This document shows, piece after piece, positions 23,909 to 35,809 of a stretch of DNA of 35,809 bases (position 1 is the first letter of the stretch; each line of letters begins with the position of its first letter). Source of the stretch: Welwitschia mirabilis. Taxonomy: Eukaryota. The stretch spans positions 10,268,313 to 10,304,121 of the forward strand of contig JBOZIK010000001.1 in the NCBI GenBank assembly GCA_051453625.1. The letters are read 5' to 3'. Made by a program: the position numbers and the translations under genes. The notes beneath the pieces were generated by a model. It was not told where the DNA came from. It searched no databases and saw nothing but the letters and a program-made list of their open reading frames with translations.

Positions 23909-25900
23909 AGAAGACAAATTAGTCCTTCAAGGAAACAAGAGATGCATTGTTCCAAACACCCATTGCTCCTGTTACAGTTGTCACAGATTTCCTCCACAAA
24001 ACACATGCTTCCTAATTGTCAGAGACTTTGTCAGAGCATCAACAGCATTCTTCTTCTTGTAGATCATTTGTACATCAACTAGGCCATTCTATATGACATC
24101 CATGACGAAGTGAAACTTCACCTCAATGAGTTTTCTCTTCAGATGAAAAGTTGAGTTTTTAGTCAAGTGTATAGCACAAGATGGCTTAAGACCTGACCCA
24201 CAACCAAACCTTTTGTCAAGGCACTCAAAGACACACATACATTATTTGGCTATCACGAAACTCCTGATATGTTTCCTATGTCAAACAAAGAGAATGAAGA
24301 AACCTATATAATCAACTCATCTCCTTGCATGCTTCCATGGGAGCCACATATTCAGATTCTATGGTAGAAGCATTATCCACGGTTAAAGCTTTGAGAACTA
24401 ACTGCACCTCCACTCAAAGTAAAAGCATACTCTGTAGTGGAAAGTACGGCGTCCACCCAAAGCAAACACATACTCTGTAGTGGAATGTACAGCGTTTAAA
24501 CCTACTAGAATCTGCATCCACATAAACCATGAATGCTCAAGTCCCCATCTCCAAATGTCAGGCAAGTGATCTACGTTCCCTTTTACATACCCATTTTGCC
24601 GCAAGCCAGTGATAACAGCCAAAATTACTCAAGGGCCTGCTAACTAGTCTAACTGCATACACAATACCTAGTCGACTACATACCATAGCATACAGGAGAG
24701 AACCTACCACAAAAGCATACAGAATATGCTCTTCATAGCCGCTTCTAGTGAGCCAGGACAATCTGTTTTGCACAGCAGGAAACGAGGAGCTACAGAGTAC
24801 TCACAAACTTCACATCCTACACGCCCAATTATTCCAACATGTTGCTGATGTAAGCATTTCGGCTTAACCACCACTTCTTTTGTTTTCATGTCCTGTAAAT
24901 CCTCATTCCCAAAGATTGCTTTTTCCAACCCAAATGCTTCACTGTGAAAAAATTTACCATTTCTACCTTCAAACATCTGATTTTAGCCTCATTGTTTCCT
25001 GCAATCATCATCCCATCAAGATACAATAACAGAAGAACAATTTTAACCGAAGGCATTTCCAGGAAAGTAAGCACAATGATCTAATTAGCTTCTCTGGAGT
25101 GAATGCTCTTACATGAAGGTATCAAACTTCATGTAACATTGTCTTCGGGTCTGTCTTAAGGCATAAAAGCTCTTCTTTAGACAACATGCAAGCTGAAGTC
25201 GTTGCTGCTTTATGTAACTTTCTGGTTAATACATGTAAATTTCTGCATCTAAATCACTATGAAGAAATGCCATTTTGGAATCCAGTTGTTCATTTATAAA
25301 TCCAAGCAACCAACAAGAGGCAAACCCAGCCAACTTGAAGAATGATTAACAACAGCACAAAAGATTTGAGGGAAATACCTTTCTTTTGTGCAAAGCCCTT
25401 TACCACCAATCTGATTTTATACCTCCTCTTCATTTGCCTCTTTCTTATACCTGAAGACCCACATGCTATGAAGAGTATTGCGTCCCTTAGAAAGTTCATT
25501 AATTGCCATGTTTTATTTTGATACGGGTAAATCCACTCCTTTCTCATTACTTCTTTCCACTCAACCCCCTTCAAGGCATGAGTGTTTCTTTCACTATTTC
25601 AAGAACTCGACCGTCTGTGTATAAGACATAATGTGAAGTAGAAGAATACCTACCATAAGAAGGTGTAGCTCTAGTAGAATATTTCAACCACTACGATGTA
25701 TCAGTGGATAGCTCTTGCTCCCCCCCACCATCATCACTAGAAGACTTGTCATCATCATCATCATCGTGTTCATCTGCTTGACCAATGACTTGGTTTGCGA
25801 GAACTTATTCTTCCTCCTACTCCTTTTTTGTTTCATCCTTCACACTGTAAGATGGATACAGGAAGTTGGAATCAAGTTCACTCTAATTGACACCAGGGAC
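23909..25900 (-). mobile_element. Tork/Tnt1-like Ty1/copia RT-RNaseH remnant
   Basis: Motifs YKIRLVVKGFAQKKGI, LLLYLDGMMIAG (YVDD), VGSLLYAMVCSR and AIHLTKNSTFH. Confidence 0.88.
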
Positions 25901-27972
25901 CACCCTTGGGTTTTCACCTGCCCAAGCAAACAAACAACTCTGGTGAGTGCAGTATGGTGACCATGCATTAATGCTTCCAGAATAACCCAAAAAACACAGG
26001 GAAAAAAAGTGAGCCAAAGTTAGTTGAACTATCTTAGCCTTACGATTTTCCTTAATTGGATGTATCTGATCCTACAATCAAGTCAATGTTAGCTCACCTT
26101 CTCTTAACCCTCGTACAACTACTTATCTATGCATGAGAAAGAAAAAGAGTATGAAATGTAAGACAATAAATTGCAATTAAAGAATCGTGAAGATATGTCA
26201 ATAGAGACATGTTCTCCTTCACATAATGAAGTTGTAAGTTTATGATTCTTGAAATATGTTATTGTGTATGTTCTCCTTCACTAAGCCCCTTCTAGCCTCT
26301 AAAGTGATTTGTCACATATCAAATCTGAACTGATGGGCTTATTCAACTGTCTCTTGTTTGATGATGGTACAAATTGTCCAATATGCCAAAAAAAGAAGTC
26401 AATATAGCCATCAACACCCCAATGCTATAACATTAAACATTGAACAAAATGGCATTCTCTAGCACCCACAGGCTGTTTGCTGACAAATCCTATACCACTA
26501 TCAGAAGCAGAAATGTTACCAATAATAGCAGAGGAAAAACAATGTGCAAAACAAAACAAAAAGAAATGCAGAGATTCAACATGAGAACCCCCAATGCCGA
26601 AAATAAACAACAAGAAGCAAACGGAATTGTTATTCAGCAGAAATGAAAGAAGTACAAGGTTGCTTAAGCACTTAAAGAGCACCTTCAAAATGAATCCATT
26701 CACTCCCAATCACACCAAACTACCAGACCACCATAGCAAAGGTCAAATTAGATTCCCTTAGCACAAGAAACACAATAATTCGAGTAAACAAAAAAGAAAG
26801 AAAAGGCGAAAAATCATTATGCTTGGCATTCCTTTGGATGGAAACTTACGTAGATAAGTTCAAGTGTTGTTCCATTATATCACATCAAACGAAAAAAAGG
26901 TCACATGAATTAGTGGCCTATTCATTGCATGTATTTCACATGCATATTGGTCAATGGTCATTTTTGGTATTTTTGGTATTTATGGCAATCCATATTATTG
27001 CTATTCTATGATAACTTATTCTTTAGCAAACAATGGTAACCACTGCCACAAGTAATATTGCCACAGGAGTTAAAGCAAATGCGCCTCCAGGCCAAATGCC
27101 CTGGCCACCAATTGCCACAACTGCTTTCTGAGGAGTTGCAAAGTGTACTCAATCTTGTACAAACTCAAAAAGCAAGTCAACCAAGGTAGTCTTAGACAAT
27201 TCTAGCTTATTCTAATTGTTTGATAAGAAATAACTTATTCTAATTGTTTGATGAGAAATAAATTAGCATTGTATGTATTCAAACCTCAATGTGAGGCCCA
27301 ATTAATTTTTTTTTCATGAAACAGGATGTGGAATATATCAAAATAAAGTATGGAAGCACTAATCCCACAAATTACTATTATAGCTTATGCCAATTCTAAC
27401 AACCAAAAAATAACATAACTTTGCAAAACTCCAAGCCTCGTCCTTTTTCTTTTCAGTTTGTTTCCTACCATATGGAAATGCGAAAAGTTGATTTGAACAT
27501 TGTTGAACACCACTGATGATGCTTAAAAGCATCAAATCTGTTCAAACGCTCTTACTGATTATTGATCATGCTTGGCAGCATTCTTACTGTGTAAAACTTG
27601 ATAGATAGTCTTGGGTCACAATCACTTTGGTGTGAGTTTTGGAACAGTCCCAACTCAGTTTGGGACAATGTCAAATTGACCACAAAATTATCAGATAGAA
27701 TGAACTAGTTGTCAATCTTGCTTAAAAGTTAATCATGATATTCATTACAAGTTATGAAGTACAAAACATACACTTATACAGTCGAAACTTTTTGACATGT
27801 TGACATTGTGACAGGGTGCAACATTACCAATGAAGATACATACTTCTGCATTATGGATTCTATGCATCTTTCTCAACACATTGAGGGTAAAAAATAATAA
27901 TAACTAAGAGAAGCTAAAATTTTTGCTGGAAAAATAAAAATAAAAACATTAACACTGGTTTCTTAGAAATAC

Positions 27973-28093
27973 CTTCTCAATGTTGTCCATCATGATGCCT
28001 TTCACCTCTGAGACTTGAGCCTTGAGTTTATTAACTTTGCTCATATCCTCAGGATGTTCAATGCAATATTGCATATGTTCTTTGAGCTTTGGC
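27973..28093 (-). CDS. VAMP727: VAMP72/VAMP727-like R-SNARE exon (end of longin domain, start of SNARE motif)
   Basis: 121-bp exon bounded by ttgttctag and gtattt, encoding (G)[40 protein letters not shown]. Phases match both neighbouring exons. Confidence 0.95.
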
Positions 28094-28197
28094 CTAGAAC
28101 AAATTAACAAATCAAAGGAACAGAAAGATACAAAGAGACAAAAATCATAAATATAGTCGATGCAAAATAATAACCAAATCATGATCATCAATCATAC

Positions 28198-28363
28198 CCA
28201 AATTCCCTGTCGAGGTTGTATGCAATACTGAATTTCCCACCATACCCATAATCACTTGTCTCATTTGTTTTTTGATATTGTTGTTTGAAATCTTCCTTTA
28301 CCCTCTCCAGGAAAAGGAAAGGCACCTGCCTTCCTGCAGCTTCATCTGCAACCACCAGGAACA
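28198..28363 (-). CDS. VAMP727: VAMP72/VAMP727-like R-SNARE exon (longin domain including the insertion loop)
   Basis: 166-bp exon bounded by ttcttctacag and gtatga, encoding [54 protein letters not shown](G). FS(I/V)AYNLDREFG and GIMMDNIEK match VAMP727 as I recall it, rather than VAMP721 (ANSLNKEFG, GVMMENIEK). Confidence 0.92.
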
Positions 28364-30096
28364 CTGTAGAAGAAAATTCAGTTAATTGAAACATTTTACG
28401 TAAATAATGGTTTAAACAAAATAAATCTATAATTAATGTGCTACAAGTGCCAAGTGGATGATACAGCAATTCTATACCATTTTCCTAATTTCCTTCAAAA
28501 CCAAGTTTCTGTTAACTTCATAATGCACTTCATCAATGACTCAATGTTGGAGGATTTGTTCAAGCAAAAAACCTGAATGTAAAGGGAAAGTTTGAAGTCC
28601 TATTTTTTCCCCTGAAAATGCAATGCACCTAAAAACTGCAGATGATGATATGTTGTGATACCAGTTACAGTTTGATTGGTTACTCTAGATAGAGAAAGCA
28701 ACTGCAAAAGTGAGCTATAATAGCATGTCTATTTTCATTTCAATCAAACTCAAAAATAAAGCCAAGAAAACATCTTTGTTTGAGATACATTGTAAGATTT
28801 TGTAAAACATGCCATCAACAAATTCTGCAATATTGGAAATGCAATTAGTCAAGATGTCGAAAAAAATGTGGTCCTTATTGTCTGAAGTCACTAAACATAA
28901 ACAAATGGTCTGTCTTGAGTTTCTTTGTTACTCTTGAGATTACTGTTGAAAGTTGATTGACACAATGCAAAGGAAGATTTCAACCATCCTATGATCATTA
29001 AGCACATAGAAGCCACAAGCAAGTGTGTAAGGCAGTAGTAATTTGTAAAAGCAAGACGTGGCTTTAAAGAGAGGAGATAAAAATTCACATTCACAGCTCT
29101 GCCTCTGAGGCCACTGACACTTATGCAACAACACCTTTGATATTGGAAAGGCTATTAATAACATTAAGAGGCCTAAAAACAAGAAACCTAAGCAGGCAAT
29201 TTTTTCGTTGTTTCAGTATCATCACGATTAAAAATATTCTTAAACAGAGGCATACTTCTTGCAAAATAAAGATTGTTGTCCTAATTCCTTTCTGCTTCCT
29301 TATTTTGGAATTTTCCAAACAAACATTTTCATAGAAGTTTTCAAGTAAATACACCTTCCAAATTTGTGATGGAAGGTTTAGTCATCCTAAGAACCATAAG
29401 AATGTGTTATAATCAAATTGAAAATTACTGAACAAGACTGAGTTGTTATGCATTTATGCCAACTATGGGCGAGCTTATCCCTTCGTAGGCTTAATTACAC
29501 TGATGATCAAAAGCTTCATCAAGCTCCTCTGAAGTGTGAACATGCCCTGTCTAGCCAGCCCCCATCCTCACTATTTGTCTGATAGCCTTCAAAGTTCCAA
29601 AATCATGAAAACTCAAAAGGTCAAACTGAGATTCATGAATTTATTCTTGAATTCAAAGACGTAAAATGTTAGAAAATTGGGCACTTGATTGTAGTTTCCA
29701 TCTTCAATTAAGAATTAGATATTATATAAGCAAACACTAAGGTTTAGATATGAAACCCATAGCTCAAGTTTAGCATACTTACAAGTTACCATTCTAGCTG
29801 AGTAACTTATCTACTTTGACTCACTTAGATCCCTCTTATTATGGCTGAGTCCATGTGTCAAATGATTATTATTGTATTATGTTGTTGAAGGTCATATCCT
29901 TACACTTTTTCTTTCTTAATTCTTATATATTCTAAAGGTTATTCTCAAAGCATAACGTCTCTTGAATTAAGTTAAGCTAGTTAACTTTAACTAACTCAGT
30001 TCTTTTTGCCCTTTTCTAACTTACTTCTCCATATGGAGGTGCTTATTTGGTTAATTCTCATGTCCATTATCAAGACATAAGTTAATTTCTTTGTAG

Positions 30097-32800
30097 ATGG
30101 GCAAAAATATTCTTATAGAACTACTGCATACTTTTTACTTGAACTTCACTTTTAATGACAAGATATTCTTACACCTTTTATCACTCCCCTTCAAATCCAA
30201 GGTTCAAGTTATTTGTGGATTTGCTAAGTTTTGTACTTGACTTGTTTTTGTTTCTTGAAATTTTTCCCTACAAATATTGTAGTTGGAACTTGTCAATCAA
30301 AATTCTTGTGATAGCGGTGGATTTGTTTTTGTTACAAAACAAGCAGTGAATGCAGCAAAAGAGAACAAAACAGAAACAGCAATATAATGAGCTTCGGACC
30401 CTCTCTACCCTACATCCTTTAACCAGCACAGAGCTCTATTAGATTCAGTGCAAAGCAGCAATCACAAGGACCACAAGCCATTCCTCTAGGTCAAGCCAAA
30501 ACCCACAGGCCAGAACGGAAAATGACTCCAATCCCCACCCCACTCCAGTCGCCACCCCACAAGAAACCCTAGCCCACACCCAAAAATAACACTGACCCCA
30601 TGCACCTCTTATTTCCTTGTTTCTTTTTTGTCTTTTATCTTTCCTCACTTTTAACAGCATGAAGGTTACTTTTAACCTAAAGAGGAAATATAAGGTTTGG
30701 CTTCACAATAACTGATAATCTCCCACTTGAAGAAAAACCTCCTGTCTTCAAACAATGTACAACAGGAAACAATCTAAAGAGTTATGATGGTTATAAACAA
30801 GCTTCAATGTCATCAAGGTACAAGTCCAATCAAGGAAGTGCAAAGTTAAGGCTCCCCCCAGTAAAACCTTCGTCAAAGTTTCAGCATTATCCTCCTTTGT
30901 AGGAATATTCTAAATCTGCACATAGCCGTTCTCAATCACTTCACAAACATAGTGGAACCTCAAATCGATATGCTTTATCCTAGCATGATAAGCAATGGGC
31001 AAAAATATTCTTATAGAACTACTGCATACTTTTTACTTGAACTTTACTTTTAATGACAAGATATACCTTTTATCACTCACCTTCAAACCCAAGGTTCAAG
31101 TTATTTGTGTATTTGCTAAGTTTTGTACTTGACTTGTTTTTGTTTCTTGAAATTTTTCTCTACAAATATTGAAATTGGAATTTGTCAATCAAAATTCTTG
31201 TCATAACCGTGGATTTGTTTTTGTTACAAAACAAGCAACGAATGCAGCAAAATAGAACAAAACAGAAACAGCAATATAATGAGCTTCGGACCCTTTCTAC
31301 CCTACATCCTCTAACCAGCACAGAGCTCTATTAGATTCATTGCAAAGCAGCAATCACAAGGACCACAAGCCATTCCTCTAGGTCAAGCCAAAACCCACAG
31401 GCCAGAATGGAAAATGACTCCAATCGCCACCCCACAAGAAACCTTAGCCCACACCCTAAAATAACATTGAGCCCACGCACCTCTCTTTTCNNNNNNNNNN
31501 NNNNNNNNNNNNNNNNNNNNNNNNNNNNNNNNNNNNNNNNNNNNNNNNNNNNNNNNNNNNNNNNNNNNNNNNNNNNNNNNNNNNNNNNNNNNNNNNNNNN
31601 NNNNNNNNNNNNNNNNNNNNNNNNNNNNNNNNNNNNNNNNNNNNNNNNNNNNNNNNNNNNNNNNNNNNNNNNNNNNNNNNNNNNNNNNNNNNNNNNNNNN
31701 NNNNNNNNNNNNNNNNNNNNNNNNNNNNNNNNNNNNNNNNNNNNNNNNNNNNNNNNNNNNNNNNNNNNNNNNNNNNNNNNNNNNNNNNNNNNNNNNNNNN
31801 NNNNNNNNNNNNNNNNNNNNNNNNNNNNNNNNNNNNNNNNNNNNNNNNNNNNNNNNNNNNNNNNNNNNNNNNNNNNNNNNNNNNNNNNNNNNNNNNNNNN
31901 NNNNNNNNNNNNNNNNNNNNNNNNNNNNNNNNNNNNNNNNNNNNNNNNNNNNNNNNNNNNNNNNNNNNNNNNNNNNNNNNNNNNNNNNNNNNNNNNNNNN
32001 NNNNNNNNNNNNNNNNNNNNNNNNNNNNNNNNNNNNNNNNNNNNNNNNNNNNNNNNNNNNNNNNNNNNNNNNNNNNNNNNNNNNNNNNNNNNNNNNNNNN
32101 NNNNNNNNNNNNNNNNNNNNNNNNNNNNNNNNNNNNNNNNNNNNNNNNNNNNNNNNNNNNNNNNNNNNNNNNNNNNNNNNNNNNNNNNNNNNNNNNNNNN
32201 NNNNNNNNNNNNNNNNNNNNNNNNNNNNNNNNNNNNNNNNNNNNNNNNNNNNNNNNNNNNNNNNNNNNNNNNNNNNNNNNNNNNNNNNNNNNNNNNNNNN
32301 NNNNNNNNNNNNNNNNNNNNNNNNNNNNNNNNNNNNNNNNNNNNNNNNNNNNNNNNNNNNNNNNNNNNNNNNNNNNNNNNNNNNNNNNNCTTTTTTCTTT
32401 TTTGTCGTCTTTTTTTCTTTTTTTTTTTTTTTTGGGGTGGGTGGGGGCTCGTTTTTAAGAGCATGAAGGTTACTTTTAACCTAAAGGGAAAATATAAGGT
32501 TTGGCTTCACAATAACTAATAATCTCCCATTTGAAGAAAAACCTCCTATCTTCAAACAATGTACAAGATGAAACAATCTAAAGAGTTATGATGGTTATAA
32601 ACAAGTTTCAATGTCATGAAGCTACAAGTTTAATCAAGGAAGTGCAAAGTTAAATCTTCCCCCTAGGTAAAACCTTCGTCAAAGTTTCAGCATTATTCTC
32701 CTTTGTAGGAATATTCTAACTCTGCACATAGCCCTTCTCAATCACTTCACAAACATAGTGGAACCTCAAATCGATATGCTTCATCCTAGCATGATGAGCA
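30097..32800. repeat. Tandem duplication of an ~898-bp unit (flank, 3' LTR, PPT and RNaseH end) spanning an 899-N gap
   Basis: atgggcaaaaatattcttatagaac starts at 30097 and 30995. The unit end atatgcttYatcctagcatgatRagca occurs at ~30994 and ~32800. Confidence 0.9.
30330..30728 (-). repeat. 3' LTR (~388 bp) and PPT of a Tork-like copia; second copy at 31222-32532 across the gap
   Basis: PPT AAGTGGGAGAT, then TATCAGTTATTGTGAAGCC; ends ...TTTTGTAACA at 30330. Confidence 0.75.
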
Positions 32801-35030
32801 AAGCTTCTAGCCAAGTGAAGAGCACACTATCACAAAAGAGATTATAAGGCTTCTATTTCTACCCCAATAAACCTAGAAATTTTCTTAGCCACAACGTTTC
32901 CTTGCGGGCTTCTGGCAAAGCAACACATTTTGATTCTTCTGGGGACAAAGTCTCCATGGACTGAAGTTGAAATAACCAACTACAGCAACTCCATCAAAAC
33001 CGAAAACATATCCTATAGTGGAATGCCTATTGTTCACATCTGCAGCAAAATTCACATTGGGATTTCTTGTCCCTTAGAGGCCTCCTCCTCCAAACCACAA
33101 CCTATATGACTAAACACCATAGGGTGTAATTAACCACTAGCCAATGGGCCCATTCAAGATTGCTCCTAAACCCACTAACCACCCCCACTACATGAGCAAT
33201 CCCAAGCCATGTACATACCATGGCATACCTTGATGATCCAATAGCTAATTTGTAGGGAATTGAGTCTATCTGCTTCTTCTCCTCAAAAGATTAAGGCCAA
33301 TCCTTCTTGCTCAAGTTAAAAGTGAGATGCCAAAGGAGTACTACTAGTATGAGCACCTAACATAGTACAATCCAAAACCTTGGTGTTGGAAGTGAAGCCA
33401 AATCTCTTGATGTTATTTATTCCTTTATAGTGTGACTTTATATATTTTTATATAATCCNNNNNNNNNNNNNNNNNNNNNNNNNNNNNNNNNNNNNNNNNN
33501 NNNNNNNNNNNNNNNNNNNNNNNNNNNNNNNNNNNNNNNNNNNNNNNNNNNNNNNNNNTTTTCCCCACATTGGGGTTTTCCACGTAAATCTGGTGTGTTG
33601 CTATTTTGCTTTTGCTTTGTTGTATTTCTCTAACACTTGGAGATGTAATCCTCCTAAGTAAGCCACAATAGTTTACTTGTTCTATCCCTAATTGTCTTCA
33701 TCCCAAGAATTTGCTTGGCTAGGCCCAAGTCTTTCATTTCAAGATGCTTACCCATTTCATGCTTCAAGAGTTTAATTTAGCCCTTATCTTTTCCTGCTAT
33801 AAGCATATCATCAGATACAACAATAGCATGGTAAACTTACCTCCCACTTGCCCAAAGAAGCAGACACAATGGTCTAATTTGCATTTGTTGTACTAGTACA
33901 TCTTCATAAATAAGTTAAACTTCTCATACCACCATCTAATGGCTTGTTTAAGGCCATGTGGAGTTTTCCTTGACTTGCTTACAGACTCGGGTTGCTAGGA
34001 TCAACAAACTCTCCTAGTTAAACCATAGAGGTTTCTTCTTGCAAATCTCCTTGCAAAAACACGATTTTAATGTCCAACTGCTCTAATTTCATATGTAAAT
34101 AGGTACTTAAAGATAAAGCAATTTTGATGAAAGATTGCTTAACAATTGGAGTACAATTCTCAGTAAAATCTATATCTGGTCTCTGTTCAAAGCCTTTTAT
34201 CACAAGTCTTGCCTTATGCCTAGTAAGAACATGCAAATCAACCTTTAACCAAAAAAGCCATTTATTATGTAGGACGTTCTTACCCTTTGGCAATAGCACT
34301 AATTCTTATGTGAGATTACCATGAGTTATTTCCACTCATCATGCATTATTGCCTCTCAATGCTTCCAATCATGGCATGACCTTGCTTCTAAAATGGTTTC
34401 TACTTCTTCTCCATCAATAAGTAATGATAGTTCAAGGAGGGAGGGTATCTCTTTGGCTGTGTTGAAATTCTTGGTGACCTCCTTCCCCAATGGGAAGGAA
34501 TTGGGTGATGAGGTGGGTCTTGTTCCCCCTGCTCCTCTGTCTATTCATCTAGATCATCAAACTCTTTCAATTCAAGATCCACTTCCTCTTATTGCAAATC
34601 TATGTTAACATTTTCACCTATAACACTGTTGAATCCTTCTTCTTCATCATTTCGCACACAAGGGAACAACTACAAGTTCTTTCCATCCTACGTCGTTGTC
34701 CTCTTTCTATGCTTAGATCTAAAGACTTTGCTACTAACATGAACCCATAGTCTACATCCTCTATCATCCCTACCATATCCAACAAAGATGGATCTTTGTG
34801 CCCTGTCATCCAATTTTGGTTTGGGTGACTGTTGCACATGCACATGGGTTCCATAATCAAAAACTCTGAAGTACTAATCAAGACTTGGTTTGCTCCTTCG
34901 TAACATATCAAGAACTTGTCCTTCCAAAAATAAACAAGGGGGCATGTTAATGGGGTAGGATGCAATACTAAGAGACTTCGTTCAAACGTTCTTGGGAATG
35001 TTTACACTAGCTACGGCATTCCTTGCACAT
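32533..35030 (-). mobile_element. Tork/Tnt1-like Ty1/copia pol remnant (integrase end, RT, RNaseH)
   Basis: Motifs HKARLVIKGFEQRPDIDFTE..LEQLDIKIVFLQGDLQEE, SDDMLIAG, MKDLGLAKQILGM and HARMKHIDLRFHYVCEVIE. Confidence 0.92.
33384..33635 (+). mobile_element. Solo LTR (internal N-gap) inserted in copia RT, with 5-bp TSD CTTGG
   Basis: TGTTGGAAGTGAAGCC...TCTCTAACA is flanked by CTTGG at 33379-33383 and 33636-33640. Confidence 0.88.
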
Positions 35031-35032
35031 TC

Positions 35033-35809
35033 TATTAGAAAAGTGAAGCCAAATTTGTCTTGTTTATATTATAATGTTATGTTTTAACATTAACCCCCCC
35101 TGTTTGTAATATTGTAAAAGAGGTTATGNNNNNNNNNNAAAAAGGGGAGCAAGTTTCTAGATTGTCTTGGCTTGAAACCCTAAACCTACTTAAAGGTTGC
35201 TTGGGGATTTTCTTTGCACGATGATTCTTTTGCACGGTGATTCTTTTTGCTCCTTGAATAAGATTAAGAGCTTTGCCTACTTCGGTGGTTTCTCCTGCAA
35301 GGGTTTTCCATGTAAATTTGTGTGTGGGTCGCAGACTGAAGCGCTACAATTTGTACAAGATGGAATGCTTGTCAACAACGTACAAATTGGTTGGAGTCGA
35401 GAACTAGGGAAATTGGAAAATCCTGATGGAGGATGTTCTTTTCTCAAAGGATTGCAATGTCCTCCTCAACTCAAAGGGCGAAGCGAAAGCAGCATCCAGA
35501 TTGTCAGATGCTGGTTGGTTGAAGAAATAACCTNNNNNNNNNNGGTATGACCAGCCCACTGGAATGAATAAATTTCATACAATTAACAGGGTTTTCAAGA
35601 TTAAAATTAAAGAAGGAATACCTTTGCAAAGTCATTTAGATAAGATGAATGGCTTGTTTGCTCAGATCGATGATCTGGGTATAAATTTCAAAACAGATCT
35701 TTTGGGTTGTTGCTATGTTAAATTCCTTACCAGAATCCTAGGAAACGGTTTGGACCACCTTAACTGCTGCTTCCAGAACTTTACCATCTCTAAATACTGT
35801 GATTTCAAA
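35033..35809 (+). mobile_element. Tork-like copia: partial 5' LTR and decayed gag, continuing beyond the window
   Basis: Start TATTAGAAAAGTGAAGCCAAAT and motif GGTTTTCCAYGTAAAT are shared with the solo LTR. Gag-like NWKILMEDVLFSKD, HLDKMNGLFAQIDDLGI and NSLPES*ETV follow. Confidence 0.8.

Noticed and set aside
29460..29600. GC-richer patch considered as the missing VAMP first exon
   Set aside because: No frame resembles the longin N-terminus.

Overview
AT-rich plant nuclear DNA with several N-gaps; most of the supplied ORF track is spurious or decayed transposon sequence. One host gene is supported: the last four coding exons of a VAMP72-family R-SNARE with VAMP727-type signatures on the minus strand (28363-28198, 28093-27973, 11775-11713, 11595-11449), all with GT-AG junctions and a continuous frame. 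Its first coding exon was not found in the window. A 16.2-kb intron and a >7.4-kb upstream intron are filled with decayed TEs: a Ty3/gypsy pol split by a Helitron/Helentron-like tandem array that encloses a SIRE-like copia, several Tork/Tnt1-like copias, a solo LTR with a perfect TSD, and an ~898-bp tandem duplication. Downstream of the gene are two Athila-like gypsy remnants, a degenerate minisatellite, a tRNA-derived SINE with TSD, and two ~250-bp LTR copies in inverted orientation. The most notable observations are the short, non-acidic longin insertion in the VAMP727-like protein, the Helentron-like array with its composite insertion, and the inverted-LTR hairpin. I see no clear evidence for a wholly new biological system.
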